In this document: positions 48,476 through 58,321 of the stretch, piece by piece
Layout of the letters: each line of letters begins with the position of its first letter
Numbering within the stretch: the first letter of the stretch is position 1
Assembly: GCA_963795085.1 (NCBI GenBank)
Contig: CAWCFX010000001.1
Span: 640,001-704,000 of the forward strand
Direction of reading: 5' to 3'
Source: an uncultured Gemmatimonadales bacterium
GTDB lineage: Bacteria; Gemmatimonadota; Gemmatimonadetes; Gemmatimonadales; GWC2-71-9
Length of the DNA stretch: 64,000 nucleotides
Program-made: the position numbers and the translations under genes
The notes under the pieces: generated by a model
The model's input: the letters and a program-made list of their open reading frames with translations, nothing else
Databases searched by the model: none
What the model was told of the DNA's origin: nothing

Positions 48476-50077
48476 GTGACCACCGCCATCCCGTCCGACC
48501 TTAGCAGCGCGCTCGCCGACCGCTATGCCCTGAGCCGGGTGCTGGGCCGGGGGGGGATGGCGACCGTTTACCTCGCGCGCGACCTGAAACACCACCGCGA
48601 GGTCGCCATCAAGGTGTTGTTGCCCATGCTGGCCGCCCAGCTCGGGGTCGAGCGGTTCCTGCAGGAAATCGAGATCGTCGCCCGGCTGACCCATCCCCAT
48701 ATCCTTCCGCTCCACGATTCCGGCGAGGCCCGGGTCCGCGATGGCCTCGATGGCGAGGCCTCCTTCCTCTACTACGTGATGCCCTTCGTGCAGGGCGGAT
48801 CGCTGCGCGACCGGATGGCGGAGCGGCGGCCCATGGTCCTCCCTGATGTCCTGACGGTTCTCCGGCCGGTGGTGGATGCCCTGGGTTACGCGCATCGCAT
48901 CGGCGTCCTGCACCGGGACATCAAGCCCGAGAACATTCTTTTTTCGCAGGGCCACCCGATCGTCGGAGATTTCGGGATCGCCCGCGCCGTCACCACAGCG
49001 GGCGGGACCAACCTGACCCGCACCGGTTTTCCCATCGGGACCCCCGGATACATGAGCCCGGAACAGGCCGCCGGGCTCACCGATCTCGACCAGACCACCG
49101 ATGTCTATAGCCTGGCCGTGGTGACCTACGAACTGCTCACCGGTGAACTGCCGGGGCGCTGGCCCACCGAGGAAGCAGTGCGCCGGGGCCGTTTCGAGGG
49201 GCTCTCTCCGCGCGCCCGCGCGGCCCTCACCGGGGCCGGCCCCGCCGCCGAAGAGGCGCTGGTCCGCGGGCTCTCGGTCCGCCAGGACCAGCGCACGGGC
49301 ACCCCCGCTGCACTGATCGAGGAACTGGCCGGGGCATCGACACGACGCCCCCGCTACAGTCCCGGCCAGGTGCAGGAGATCGTCGGGCGGGCCGCACAGT
49401 TGGAAGCCACCGTCCCTACCCTCGGCGGGGAGATGACACTCGGCGGGGTGGAAGCCCTGGGTGCCGAAGTCGGCATCGCCCCGGACCGGATCCGGGAAGC
49501 CGCCCTGGCCGTGCGCCGGCCCGGCGATGGGTCCGCCCTCGCCACCAGCGCGTCCGAGGCCAACAACCGGTGGCTCAACGGGCCCACCCGCATCGCCCTG
49601 GAACGAGTGGTGGATGGAGAGCTGCCGGAGGCGGAGTATGCCAGCCTGGTGGACGAGATCCGCTATCTGCTCAAGAACGGGGGCCAGGTGAGCCAGCTGG
49701 GCCGGTCTTTTGCCTGGTCGCCCTCCCGAAGCGAGTATCTCAGGCGCGACCTCGAGGTCGTGGTGACGGTGCGGGGCGGCAAGACCCGGATTACCGTGAT
49801 GGAAAACCTGAAGGCGCTGGCGGGGTCGATCTACGGGGGAATCGGCGGCGGGTTGGGCGGCGGCGGGATGGGGCCGATTCTCGGCGTCACCATCGGCGCG
49901 CTGAGCATGAACCCGGTTTTTCTGATCGGTCTGATCCCGGCCTGGTTGGGCGGCGTCTATGCGACCGCTCGCACGGTGTACGGACGACAGTCCCGGAAGC
50001 GGGCGGTCGAGCTTGAGGAACTGGCGGACCGGCTGGCCCAGGTGGCCGGAGACCTGATGGGTCCCCGGACGCGGTAG
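48476..50077 (+). CDS. Hanks-type Ser/Thr protein kinase with C-terminal membrane domain
   Basis: LGRGGMATVY, VAIK, HRDIKPEN, DFG, GTPGYMSPEQ. Confidence 0.95.
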   Translation: MTTAIPSDLSSALADRYALSRVLGRGGMATVYLARDLKHHREVAIKVLLPMLAAQLGVERFLQEIEIVARLTHPHILPLHDSGEARVRDGLDGEASFLYYVMPFVQGGSLRDRMAERRPMVLPDVLTVLRPVVDALGYAHRIGVLHRDIKPENILFSQGHPIVGDFGIARAVTTAGGTNLTRTGFPIGTPGYMSPEQAAGLTDLDQTTDVYSLAVVTYELLTGELPGRWPTEEAVRRGRFEGLSPRARAALTGAGPAAEEALVRGLSVRQDQRTGTPAALIEELAGASTRRPRYSPGQVQEIVGRAAQLEATVPTLGGEMTLGGVEALGAEVGIAPDRIREAALAVRRPGDGSALATSASEANNRWLNGPTRIALERVVDGELPEAEYASLVDEIRYLLKNGGQVSQLGRSFAWSPSRSEYLRRDLEVVVTVRGGKTRITVMENLKALAGSIYGGIGGGLGGGGMGPILGVTIGALSMNPVFLIGLIPAWLGGVYATARTVYGRQSRKRAVELEELADRLAQVAGDLMGPRTR

Positions 50078-50169
50078 TCCCATCCCTCCTGCCCGGGCAC
50101 AACCCCAGCGGGCTTGGGGACGTCTACCACGAGTCGGGATTTCAGGTCACCGTCTCCTGGAGCCGGGTC

Positions 50170-51192
50170 ATGCCAGGGATTCTTCCGCTTCTCCTCCCGC
50201 TCGCCTTCGGGGCTGCAGCGTTCCAGGCCCCGGTCGTGCGCCCGGTTGTCTCGATTGGATGCGGCGACTGCGGTGGCGCCGCCCAGTTTACCGCCGTGGC
50301 CGATGTGGCCGTGAGCCCCAACGGCACCGTCTGGGTGGCCGATCGAGAGGACCCCCAGGTCCGGATATTCTCTCCGGACGGCCGGCACGTCCGCGGTTTC
50401 GGTCGGCGAGGCAGGGGGCCGGGAGAATATTCCGGAATCGCGAAGATGTTTGTTGGCGGGGATGGAACGGCCGCCATCGTCGACATGGGGTCCTTCCAGC
50501 TGACCCGGGTGGACAGCACCGGCCGGCTGCTCTCCACCACGCCGCTCCACGCATTCCCCCTCGATGCCGGCGCGGCGCCGGGCTCCCTTGCGATCCATCT
50601 CCTGTTCAGCCGCTTCCAGCCGGGGACGAGCCTGGTGCGGCTGGCCGCGCCGGGAAGCGACAGCTTGCGCCCCGTCGCGATCCACCTCGGCACCTTTCCG
50701 CGGCCCCAAGCGCCGGCGGAGATTCACAGCCTGGCCATCGGGCCCGATGGCTCCGTCGCCGTGGGCGATGGCGGAACCGAGTACCGGATCCGCGTCTACC
50801 GGCGGTCAGGTACCCACGACATCGTGCGCGATATCCCCCTGAGCCGGCGGACTCCCCGGGAACAGGCTGCGCTGCTGGCCGGTATGCGGGGCGCCGCGCA
50901 ACTGGGGCGGATGGAAGGCGGCACCGCTCATCCCGCGCCGCCGCCGCTGGAGAAGCCACACTTCGACTGGCGAGGGCTGCGCTACGATCCGCGGGGGAGA
51001 CTCTGGGTGAAAACCGGGCGGGGCACCGACACACGAACGATACTCGACGTCTTTGCCCCGTCGGGAGATTTTCTGGGGGAAGTCCCCGTTCCCGGGAAGG
51101 TGACCGGGTTTGCCTTCGGGGGGAACTACCTGGTCACCGCGGCGGAGGATGCACAGGGGACGCCGCGGGTGACGCTGTGGCGGGTGAAGTAG
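50170..51192 (+). CDS. Secreted 6-bladed beta-propeller protein
   Basis: Signal peptide, IGCGDC, FGRRGRGPGEY, LDVFAPSGDFLG. Confidence 0.82.
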   Translation: MPGILPLLLPLAFGAAAFQAPVVRPVVSIGCGDCGGAAQFTAVADVAVSPNGTVWVADREDPQVRIFSPDGRHVRGFGRRGRGPGEYSGIAKMFVGGDGTAAIVDMGSFQLTRVDSTGRLLSTTPLHAFPLDAGAAPGSLAIHLLFSRFQPGTSLVRLAAPGSDSLRPVAIHLGTFPRPQAPAEIHSLAIGPDGSVAVGDGGTEYRIRVYRRSGTHDIVRDIPLSRRTPREQAALLAGMRGAAQLGRMEGGTAHPAPPPLEKPHFDWRGLRYDPRGRLWVKTGRGTDTRTILDVFAPSGDFLGEVPVPGKVTGFAFGGNYLVTAAEDAQGTPRVTLWRVK

Positions 51193-52300
51193 GGCCTGGC
51201 TGGAGCGGATATCGATCGTCCATCGGGAACCCGCTCCCTTCCATTTCCTTTCTCACCCAGGCACCCACCCGCTGCCGCACGTCGGCCGGCACATCGAGGT
51301 GCCGGTCGGCGCTGCCCCGCACGAACAGCTCGGCGTTGGTCTGGAGCAAGTGGGGGGGATGCATCTCGAAGGCCTCCTGGTGCTCCTGCATGTAGGCAAA
51401 ACTGCATTTCCGGACCACGTCGGCGACCTCCGCCTCGCTGAGCGGGGCCACGCCGAGGAACCCGGCGACCTGGCGCACCGTGGCGGCGAGGTCGCGCTTC
51501 ATGTCTTCGAAGAAGACGAAGAGCACGTTGCGTCCCTCGCGGGACCGGTTCCACCATCCCTTCACATGGTTGGGCCAGCTGCCCCACCACATCATGTCGT
51601 GCCGGCAGTACCACTCCTCGAAGAGCGGGAGGGGCGGCGCCATCGCGCCGGCGTTGGTGTTCACGAAATCGATGCAGCTGGCGAAGCAGGACACCGGGTG
51701 CCGAGCGACATAGATGTACTTCGCCGCCCCGCTCCAGGGACACAGGTCGGCGGGCAGGTGGGTCTTGATGATCCGCGCGGGACGTTCCGTCCCGATGATG
51801 GGGGACTGCTCGACCGGGACGCTCTTGATGGCCTCGATCCAGGGAGAGACGGCGTACATCGCGGTGCCCGATTCCACCAGGTTGCCGCGTCCGCGGAGCA
51901 GCACCTCGTACACCACGTGCTGCATCCAGGTGGTTCCGCACTTCATCTGGGTCACCACGAAGACATCCTCGGCGCGGGCCTGGTAGGTGTCCGCCCGGGC
52001 GAAGCTGGCCGGGCTGCAGCTCCCCATCGGGGCGGCGACACCCCGGTGGATAAAACTGGCCCGGGAGAAGGTGAACTTCGACAGCCGGGCCGACAGCCAG
52101 AGAACCGGGGCCAGCAGCACCGCGTGGAGCTTGAGCCGTCGCTTGAAGGCGGCCCGTCCCCCGGGCGGCAGACCGTAGTAGGCCAGCCCCACCGACTGCT
52201 CGTGTTCCCACTTCAGCACCGTCGAGAGATAGACGAACTGCACGATAAGGAGCGCGAACGCCGCCCCCAGAATGGTGCCGATCCAGCCCAGAATTCCCAT
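51134..52300 (-). CDS. PAPS-dependent sulfotransferase with N-terminal membrane anchor
   Basis: TQMKCGTTW 5'-PSB loop, IIKTHLP, YVARHPVSCFAS 3'-PB, FVRGS. Confidence 0.88.
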   Translation of the reverse strand: MGILGWIGTILGAAFALLIVQFVYLSTVLKWEHEQSVGLAYYGLPPGGRAAFKRRLKLHAVLLAPVLWLSARLSKFTFSRASFIHRGVAAPMGSCSPASFARADTYQARAEDVFVVTQMKCGTTWMQHVVYEVLLRGRGNLVESGTAMYAVSPWIEAIKSVPVEQSPIIGTERPARIIKTHLPADLCPWSGAAKYIYVARHPVSCFASCIDFVNTNAGAMAPPLPLFEEWYCRHDMMWWGSWPNHVKGWWNRSREGRNVLFVFFEDMKRDLAATVRQVAGFLGVAPLSEAEVADVVRKCSFAYMQEHQEAFEMHPPHLLQTNAELFVRGSADRHLDVPADVRQRVGAWVRKEMEGSGFPMDDRYPLQPGPTSPATASPAASPVHPPPR

Positions 52301-52366
52301 GCCTGGCCTCGTCCTGATACGATGGGTAGGTGAGCGCGATCCGGTCCCGCGACCGCCGCCGGAATG

Positions 52367-53593
52367 TTAACGCGAAGCTGGCGGTGGATCGAGTTGGGGG
52401 CGCTCGAAGCTGGCCGGCATTTCCGCGTGGGTCGGCTCGAAGCCCGGGGGTGGGTCGAGGTGGGGCGTTTCAAAGTTGGGTGGTGGCACCTTGAGGACGA
52501 ACCCGGGGAACAGGGTATTGAGAATGGTGTAGATAATGACCCCCCCCAGCAGGTACTCTGGCACGATAAAGCGTTCCCGGAGCAGCTCGGTGCAGACCAG
52601 CGAGAACACCAGCGTCGGGAGCAGGGCGACCCCGATCTTGGCGCCCTCCTGGGGGCGCTCTTTCAGTACGATGCGCCGGTGCAGGGCGACCTCGCCCAGC
52701 CGGAGGGAAATGAACACCACCGTGATCGCGAGGCCGGAGAGGATTGCCCAGCCATCCAGCCCCGCCAGCCGGATCTGCTGGCCGGCCTTGAAGAAATAGA
52801 ACGGGATGAAGACCGAGGCGAACGCCTCCACCGCGCCCAGCATACGGTCGGAGGACATGGCGGGGAGCAGGTCGCGGAACTGGCGGGCCGCCACGCCGGC
52901 GACGAAGGCGCCGACCAGGTAGTACACGCCCAGGTGCCGGGTGACATAGGCGCTGATCATCGCCACCAGGATGAGAAAGGCGAACTCCGACCGGGGCGCG
53001 TAGGGCGAAATGGCCGCGGCGAACCAGCGGAACATCGGCGGCAGCAGCACCATGAGCAGCACCAGCGCCAGCAGGCTCAGGCCGAGTTCCTGGAATGACC
53101 CCGAGCGCAGGGCAATGAACATGACGCCCAGCGCGAACAACTCGGAGCTGATGGCCTTGGCCTTGGTCCAGCGTTTTTCTCCCGGGCTCAGGCCGAACCG
53201 GTCCAGCGAGTCGAGGATGAATCCGGTCGAGGGCGTCACGATCGCCAGGGCGAGCAGGATCGCCGCACGGGGCGAAATAGCGAAGAACCAGACGCCCGCG
53301 CCGGTCGTCAGTGCCAGGGTAATGGCCCAGATGATCAGGTGCTGGCCCAGCACCTTGGCGTCCGGCCGCAGGTCCTCGAGGTCCACCTCCAGTCCCGCGA
53401 ACAGGAACAGTGTGACGATGCCCAGGGTGGAGAGCAGGGCCAGCGTATCGTCATGCTGGAACAGGACCAGCGCGGTGGCGCCGATCCCCAGCAGCAGGCT
53501 GGTGATCGCCGCCGGCAGCCGGTACCGCTGCATGAACCGGGGTACCACGAACAGGACGAAGAAGAGAACCAGGTAGGAAATGTCGTTAGGCAT
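52367..53593 (-). CDS. Cation:proton antiporter (CPA2/KefB-like)
   Basis: LGIVTLFLFAGLEVD, TPSTG, VGAFVAG, FIPFYFF; ~12 TM. Confidence 0.88.
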   Translation of the reverse strand: MPNDISYLVLFFVLFVVPRFMQRYRLPAAITSLLLGIGATALVLFQHDDTLALLSTLGIVTLFLFAGLEVDLEDLRPDAKVLGQHLIIWAITLALTTGAGVWFFAISPRAAILLALAIVTPSTGFILDSLDRFGLSPGEKRWTKAKAISSELFALGVMFIALRSGSFQELGLSLLALVLLMVLLPPMFRWFAAAISPYAPRSEFAFLILVAMISAYVTRHLGVYYLVGAFVAGVAARQFRDLLPAMSSDRMLGAVEAFASVFIPFYFFKAGQQIRLAGLDGWAILSGLAITVVFISLRLGEVALHRRIVLKERPQEGAKIGVALLPTLVFSLVCTELLRERFIVPEYLLGGVIIYTILNTLFPGFVLKVPPPNFETPHLDPPPGFEPTHAEMPASFERPQLDPPPASR

Positions 53594-53632
53594 GGAGGGA
53601 TTCTAGTCCATGCCCGCAGGGAAGGCCATTGC

Positions 53633-55717
53633 TCAGCGGGTAGTTCGGACCCTGACCGACGCAACGGCGTCTCCCGGCAGAATGCGCTCCACCCCCTCCA
53701 TGCCCCCGATGACCTGCCCGACGACGGTGTACTCGTGGTCGAGTTGCGGGTTGTCCACCAGGTTGATGAACAGCTGCGCATCCCCGGTGTCGCGGCCCCG
53801 GGTGCTGATCCCCAGGGTGCCCCGGGCATGGGTGCGGAACCCCAGTTCGTCCCGCATGAAGCGGTCATCGCCGATGTATTCCGAGGCCCCGGGCCCGCCG
53901 CCCTGGATCACGAAATTGGGTTCCACCCGCTGCCACAGCTTGCCGTCATACCAGCCTTCGCGGGCCCGCCGGACCAGCCGCGCGATGGCCGCCGGTGCTT
54001 CCCGGCTGAACAGCCGCACGAGGAAGGAGCCGCCGCCGCTCTCCGCCGCCATGGTCACTTCGAGTTCGAGGCTGTCGCCGAGAAAGATGTCGGCCAGCGG
54101 CTCCGGTTCGATCGCCAGGGGGACCGGCGCCGCCTCGGCCGGCGCGCCCGTCCACCGGGCCAGCATGGCGGCCGCGGTGTCCGCGACCGTGGTGTCGAAG
54201 TCGCTGAGGTAGGGCTGGAGCCGCGCCGCCACCGCCGGGGTGCCCATCTCGCCGATCCGGGAGAGCAGCGCGAGCCGGGGATCCCGGGCGTTTTCGCTGC
54301 GCCGGCGGCTGACCCGGTCGAACGCGTTGAGTAATGCTTCCACCGCGCGCGGATGCTCCGAACCCGCCAGCGCCTCCGCCGCCGCGAGCAGGACCTGGTT
54401 CCCGTCCGACGAGAGCGCCGCGAGAAAGGTGGTGTCCGCCGCACGCTTCTCCGTGGCGGCCAGGCCGGCGATAGCCGCTTCGCGGACGTTATCGTCAGCG
54501 TCCCGGGCCAGCCGGTAAAGGACGCCGGGGGCGCTCACCAGGGCGGCTGCGCGGGCGGCGAACTCGCGGTTCTGCCATTGGCGAGCGCCGGCAAATCGCG
54601 CCAGCAACGGGGTGGCCCGGGCGGAGTCGATCCGGGCCAGGGATACCAGCGCAAACGCGCTGGCCTGCCAGTCGCGGCTCGAGGTATCGGTTTCGTCCGC
54701 GCGAAAACCCGCGACGGTGGCCAGGACAGATGCCGCGGCCTCGCGGTCCGCGCAGGGCTGTCCCAGGGCGGTTATCGCGACGAGGATAACATAGGGATGC
54801 GGATCTTCCAGCGCGGAAACCAGTGGGGCGCAGTCCGGCGCGGGCGCTCCCGCTCCGGTTCCCGCCCGGGCCGCGGCGACCGCCGCGATCCGTACCATGA
54901 AGCTGGAATCGGCGAACGCCCTGCGCACCAGCGCCGTCCGGGCGGCCGGCGGGAGCCCGGCCGCGCCGGCCATTGCCAGCCGGCGAACCTGCGGGTCGGG
55001 ATCCCGGCTGGCCGCCCGCGTGGTGGCGGAGTCGAGCGCGCCCGCCCGGGCAAGGGTCACCACCGCAAGTCGCCGATGCAGGGTGTCCTTCGAAGACCGT
55101 GCCGCCTCACGCAGGAGTCCGAGCGCCGGCGCCGGGAGATTGCCGAGGACCCGACGTCCCGAGGCCAGCCAGAAGAGCCCGTGAGTCATCCCGTAATCCA
55201 GCGTGCCGTTCGCCCGGGCCACGATCGCCTGGGTCGCCCAGCGGGCCTGCGCGCTGTCCCTGAGTTGGAGACGCCCGATCGCCTCGGCGATGACCCCGGC
55301 AACGCTGTCGTCCGATTCCCGGGCGATGGCCTCGGTGAGCACCCGGAGGGCGACCGGGACATCCAGGTGGGAGGGATCCCCGGCCGCCTGACCGCGCGGC
55401 TGGTCGCGCAGAGTCTGCGCCAGCGCGATGGCCGCCTCGGCGCGGATCGCCGGGAGCGGGTCCACCAGGAGGGGGAACAGCGCGCTCCCCAGGTCGGGCC
55501 GCTGCAGCCGGCCGACCGCGCGCGCCGCCACCCGGCGGATCAGGGTATCCCGGCTTTCCAGTCCTTCCATCAACGGCGCAATGCGATCGCTGCCCTGTCC
55601 GCGGGCGTCTTCGGCAATCAGCAGCCGCTGCAACGTGGCGCGTTGGGCCGCCTGAGCGACCGCCCCGCCAGGCAGAGCGGCGACGAGGGCAAGTGCCAGG
55701 GCAAGAGAACGTTTCAA
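53633..55717 (-). CDS. Secreted HEAT-repeat protein with C-terminal cyclophilin-type peptidylprolyl isomerase
   Basis: Signal peptide after TTG (alternative ATG 55765), HEAT repeats, RVEPNFVIQGG, RGRDTGDAQLFIN. Confidence 0.9.
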   Translation of the reverse strand: MKRSLALALALVAALPGGAVAQAAQRATLQRLLIAEDARGQGSDRIAPLMEGLESRDTLIRRVAARAVGRLQRPDLGSALFPLLVDPLPAIRAEAAIALAQTLRDQPRGQAAGDPSHLDVPVALRVLTEAIARESDDSVAGVIAEAIGRLQLRDSAQARWATQAIVARANGTLDYGMTHGLFWLASGRRVLGNLPAPALGLLREAARSSKDTLHRRLAVVTLARAGALDSATTRAASRDPDPQVRRLAMAGAAGLPPAARTALVRRAFADSSFMVRIAAVAAARAGTGAGAPAPDCAPLVSALEDPHPYVILVAITALGQPCADREAAASVLATVAGFRADETDTSSRDWQASAFALVSLARIDSARATPLLARFAGARQWQNREFAARAAALVSAPGVLYRLARDADDNVREAAIAGLAATEKRAADTTFLAALSSDGNQVLLAAAEALAGSEHPRAVEALLNAFDRVSRRRSENARDPRLALLSRIGEMGTPAVAARLQPYLSDFDTTVADTAAAMLARWTGAPAEAAPVPLAIEPEPLADIFLGDSLELEVTMAAESGGGSFLVRLFSREAPAAIARLVRRAREGWYDGKLWQRVEPNFVIQGGGPGASEYIGDDRFMRDELGFRTHARGTLGISTRGRDTGDAQLFINLVDNPQLDHEYTVVGQVIGGMEGVERILPGDAVASVRVRTTR

Positions 55718-55777
55718 GGTCGCTCCGGGACGGGGGTGGTTGCGGAAATCCGGTCGTGTCTGCATTGTAGTGGCCAC

Positions 55778-55915
55778 AGGCGGGGTTCCACGCCTAACCT
55801 CTTCGGCTCTCCCCCAGCGGGAGCCCACGGGAGGCAAAGGGGGGCAGACCCTCGGATCGCAGGGCCAAACCTTTGGCGCCGCCGCCGGCGACGCTGCTGG
55901 GGAGCGTGCCGGAGG
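55778..55915 (+). ncRNA. Putative structured cis-regulatory RNA (multi-stem, possible pseudoknot)
   Basis: Six nested helices plus a loop-to-junction pairing GGGTTC/GAGCCC; ends ~21 nt before ATG 55937. Confidence 0.6.
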
Positions 55916-55936
55916 CCCGTCCAGAGGATCCTTCCG

Positions 55937-56617
55937 ATGACCACCAACAAAGACTATAAGCGTATCGTGCGCGCCCGCATGGTCCGAACCGGCGAGTCCT
56001 ATACTGCCGCACGGGCGCACCTCCAGGCTCAAGCGGATCCCGCACGGGCCGCCCTTCCCCGGGTCGCGGACCATGCCACCCTTGCCGGGATGAGTGACGC
56101 CGCCATCAAGGCCGGGACCGGCTGTGACTGGCGGAAGTGGGTCGAGGCCCTGGATTACAGGAAGGCCCACGAGTGGTCCCACCGCGAAATCGCCGCGTAC
56201 GTCCGCGAGAAGTTCAGGCTCTCCAGCTGGTGGAGCCAGGGTGTCACCGTGGGTTACGAGCGCATCAAGGGGCTCCGGGCCATCGGCCAGCGCCGCGGCG
56301 GCGACTTCGATGCGAGCAAGAGCAAGACATTCAACGTCGCCCTGAGCCGCTTGTATAACGCGTTTGGCGACAAGCGGAACCGGAACAAGTGGCTCGGTCC
56401 CGTGGAGCTGACGGTGAAGACGGCCATCCGGGGCCGGTCCATGCGGATCACCTGGTCCGACGGCAAGCCGGTGGAGATGTCGTTCGTCGCCAAGGCGCCC
56501 GGCAAAAGCACGGTCACCGTCACCCACCACAGGTTGCCGGATCGCGCCGCGGTGGACCGGGTCCAGGCCGAGTGGGCGGCGAGGCTGGAAGCCCTCGGAG
56601 CACTGCTGTCGCGCTGA
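55937..56617 (+). CDS. Protein with Arg/Lys-rich N-terminal motif + DUF4287-like + SRPBCC-like domains
   Basis: MTTNKDYKRIVRARMVRTGESYTAARAHL; MSDAAIKAGTG..W..H.EIA..WWSQGVTVGYER; C-terminal START-like fold pattern. Confidence 0.85.
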   Translation: MTTNKDYKRIVRARMVRTGESYTAARAHLQAQADPARAALPRVADHATLAGMSDAAIKAGTGCDWRKWVEALDYRKAHEWSHREIAAYVREKFRLSSWWSQGVTVGYERIKGLRAIGQRRGGDFDASKSKTFNVALSRLYNAFGDKRNRNKWLGPVELTVKTAIRGRSMRITWSDGKPVEMSFVAKAPGKSTVTVTHHRLPDRAAVDRVQAEWAARLEALGALLSR

Positions 56618-56623
56618 AGGCGC

Positions 56624-58177
56624 TCAGTGGGTGCCGGCCGGGGCGGGTTTCCTCGGCATCATCCCGTCCCGGTTGGCCAGGCTGTACACCGTCCAGGCCA
56701 CGATAGTCGCGGCCTGCTGGAGGTCTTCGAGCACCAGCCGCTCGTAGGTATCCACGTGCGAGTGGTGGGAGCGGATCCCGTATTCCAGCGGATCCTGGAT
56801 GAACTGAAACCCAGGAACTCCGGCGGCATCAAAGGAAAGATGATCAGTGCCGCCGGTGGGATGGAGCCGGCTGGCGACGAATCCCACGTCGCGGAAGGGC
56901 AGCAGTAGCTGGTCAAAGACCCGCACGGCTGCTTCGTTATGCTGGCCCCACACGCCGCGGATTCGTCCCGATCCGTTATCGATGTTCAGGTAGGCCGAGA
57001 TTCGCGGCATCTCTGCCCGGTGCCGGCGCACCCACGCCCGGGAGCCGAGCAGGCCCTGTTCCTCGCCGCTCCAGAGGGCGATTCGCACCGTGCGCCGGAG
57101 CGGAAGGTCGAGGGACTTGAGAATACGCATGGCCTCCATCATGGCGAGCGACCCGGCGGCGTTGTCGGTCGCCCCGGTCCCGCTGTACCAGCTGTCGAAA
57201 TGGGCGCCGATCATCACCACCTCGTCCCTGAGGTCGGTGCCGGGGATCTCGCCGATCACGGTGAACTCGCGCTGGTCGGGATTGGTCCACCGGTTCTGCA
57301 CGTTCACCTCCAGCCGGGCGGCGACCCCGCGCTTGGCCAGCCGGTACAGCTGCCCGTACTGCTCGTGGGTCACCATCAGTGCCGGTGTCGGTTCGTAGGC
57401 GCTGTCCCTGGCCACCCGCCCATCGGGGTGGCCGCCGGTGCGGAGCAGGCCGTAGGTCCAGCCGGAGGGGATCAGCAGCATGGCCGGATGTTCCCGGCGG
57501 AGAAACCGGGTCACCGCCTGGTTGCGAGCCTGCGCTTCCCGGAAGCGGGCCTGCTGTTCCGGGTTCGCCTGGTTCCCGCCAGCCGGGGGTTCCGGCCGCT
57601 GGTTGCTCCAGGTGATGAGGGACTCAGCCGCGTGGCGCCGGGGACGGGAATCGAATTCAGGCCCGATCGGGTTCCAGGGCTGGGTCATCACGCAGGAGTT
57701 GCGGAGCTTCCCCGCATACTGGGCCAGGTCCGTGGTGTCCCGGATCTCCAGGAGGACGACGTCACAGGCGACGGTTCCCCGGGTACTGCCGCTCCATCCC
57801 ATGGGCTCGGCCCGCAGCGGTTGTTCAAAGGGGGCCAGGAAACGCCCGTGGTAGCTGACCCGTTCCCAGCCCCGGCCAAAGGTCGAGTCCCACGGCTCCA
57901 GCGCCACGTTCGTCAGGCCCCAGCCGCGGAGTGCGGCCGCCGCCCATTCCTGGGCCCGTCGCATGCCGGAGGAGCCGGTGAGCCGGGGGCCGATGCCGTC
58001 GAGCAGCTGCTGCGCAAGAGTATCCACCCGGCTCCGGGTGAGTCCCTCGTCCCGGATCCGCTGGAGCACCGCGAGGTCCAGCCGCTCCTGTACCACCTGG
58101 GCCGGCAGGGCGGCGGTCCCGGCGGGCAGCGCCAGCATTGCCAATAGCAGGCCGCGCACGACGATTCGAGATACCAT
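56624..58177 (-). CDS. M28 family aminopeptidase/carboxypeptidase
   Basis: IGPRLTGS, GAHFDSW, GATDNAAG, GEEQGLLGS, GTDH, HHSHVD. Confidence 0.94.
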   Translation of the reverse strand: MVSRIVVRGLLLAMLALPAGTAALPAQVVQERLDLAVLQRIRDEGLTRSRVDTLAQQLLDGIGPRLTGSSGMRRAQEWAAAALRGWGLTNVALEPWDSTFGRGWERVSYHGRFLAPFEQPLRAEPMGWSGSTRGTVACDVVLLEIRDTTDLAQYAGKLRNSCVMTQPWNPIGPEFDSRPRRHAAESLITWSNQRPEPPAGGNQANPEQQARFREAQARNQAVTRFLRREHPAMLLIPSGWTYGLLRTGGHPDGRVARDSAYEPTPALMVTHEQYGQLYRLAKRGVAARLEVNVQNRWTNPDQREFTVIGEIPGTDLRDEVVMIGAHFDSWYSGTGATDNAAGSLAMMEAMRILKSLDLPLRRTVRIALWSGEEQGLLGSRAWVRRHRAEMPRISAYLNIDNGSGRIRGVWGQHNEAAVRVFDQLLLPFRDVGFVASRLHPTGGTDHLSFDAAGVPGFQFIQDPLEYGIRSHHSHVDTYERLVLEDLQQAATIVAWTVYSLANRDGMMPRKPAPAGTH

Positions 58178-58321
58178 GGGGACGCTCCGTGTTGGGTAAG
58201 TGGCACCGGGCTGGCGGTGGTAAGGTAATATCCGGAGTAGGGAAATAAACCCGACCGCCATCCGTGGCATCCAAGCGGTTGACCCGTTGAAGATCATCTT
58301 CTCCTGCGCTGGAGTCGTGTC

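Noticed and set aside
51134..51192. 59-bp convergent overlap of the sulfotransferase and propeller genes
   Set aside because: Low-complexity tail read-through, common in GC-rich genomes; no sign of function
55718..56530. N-terminal extension of the 965-aa PPIase ORF
   Set aside because: Overlaps the real plus-strand gene at 55937; the signal peptide indicates a start at 55717 or 55765
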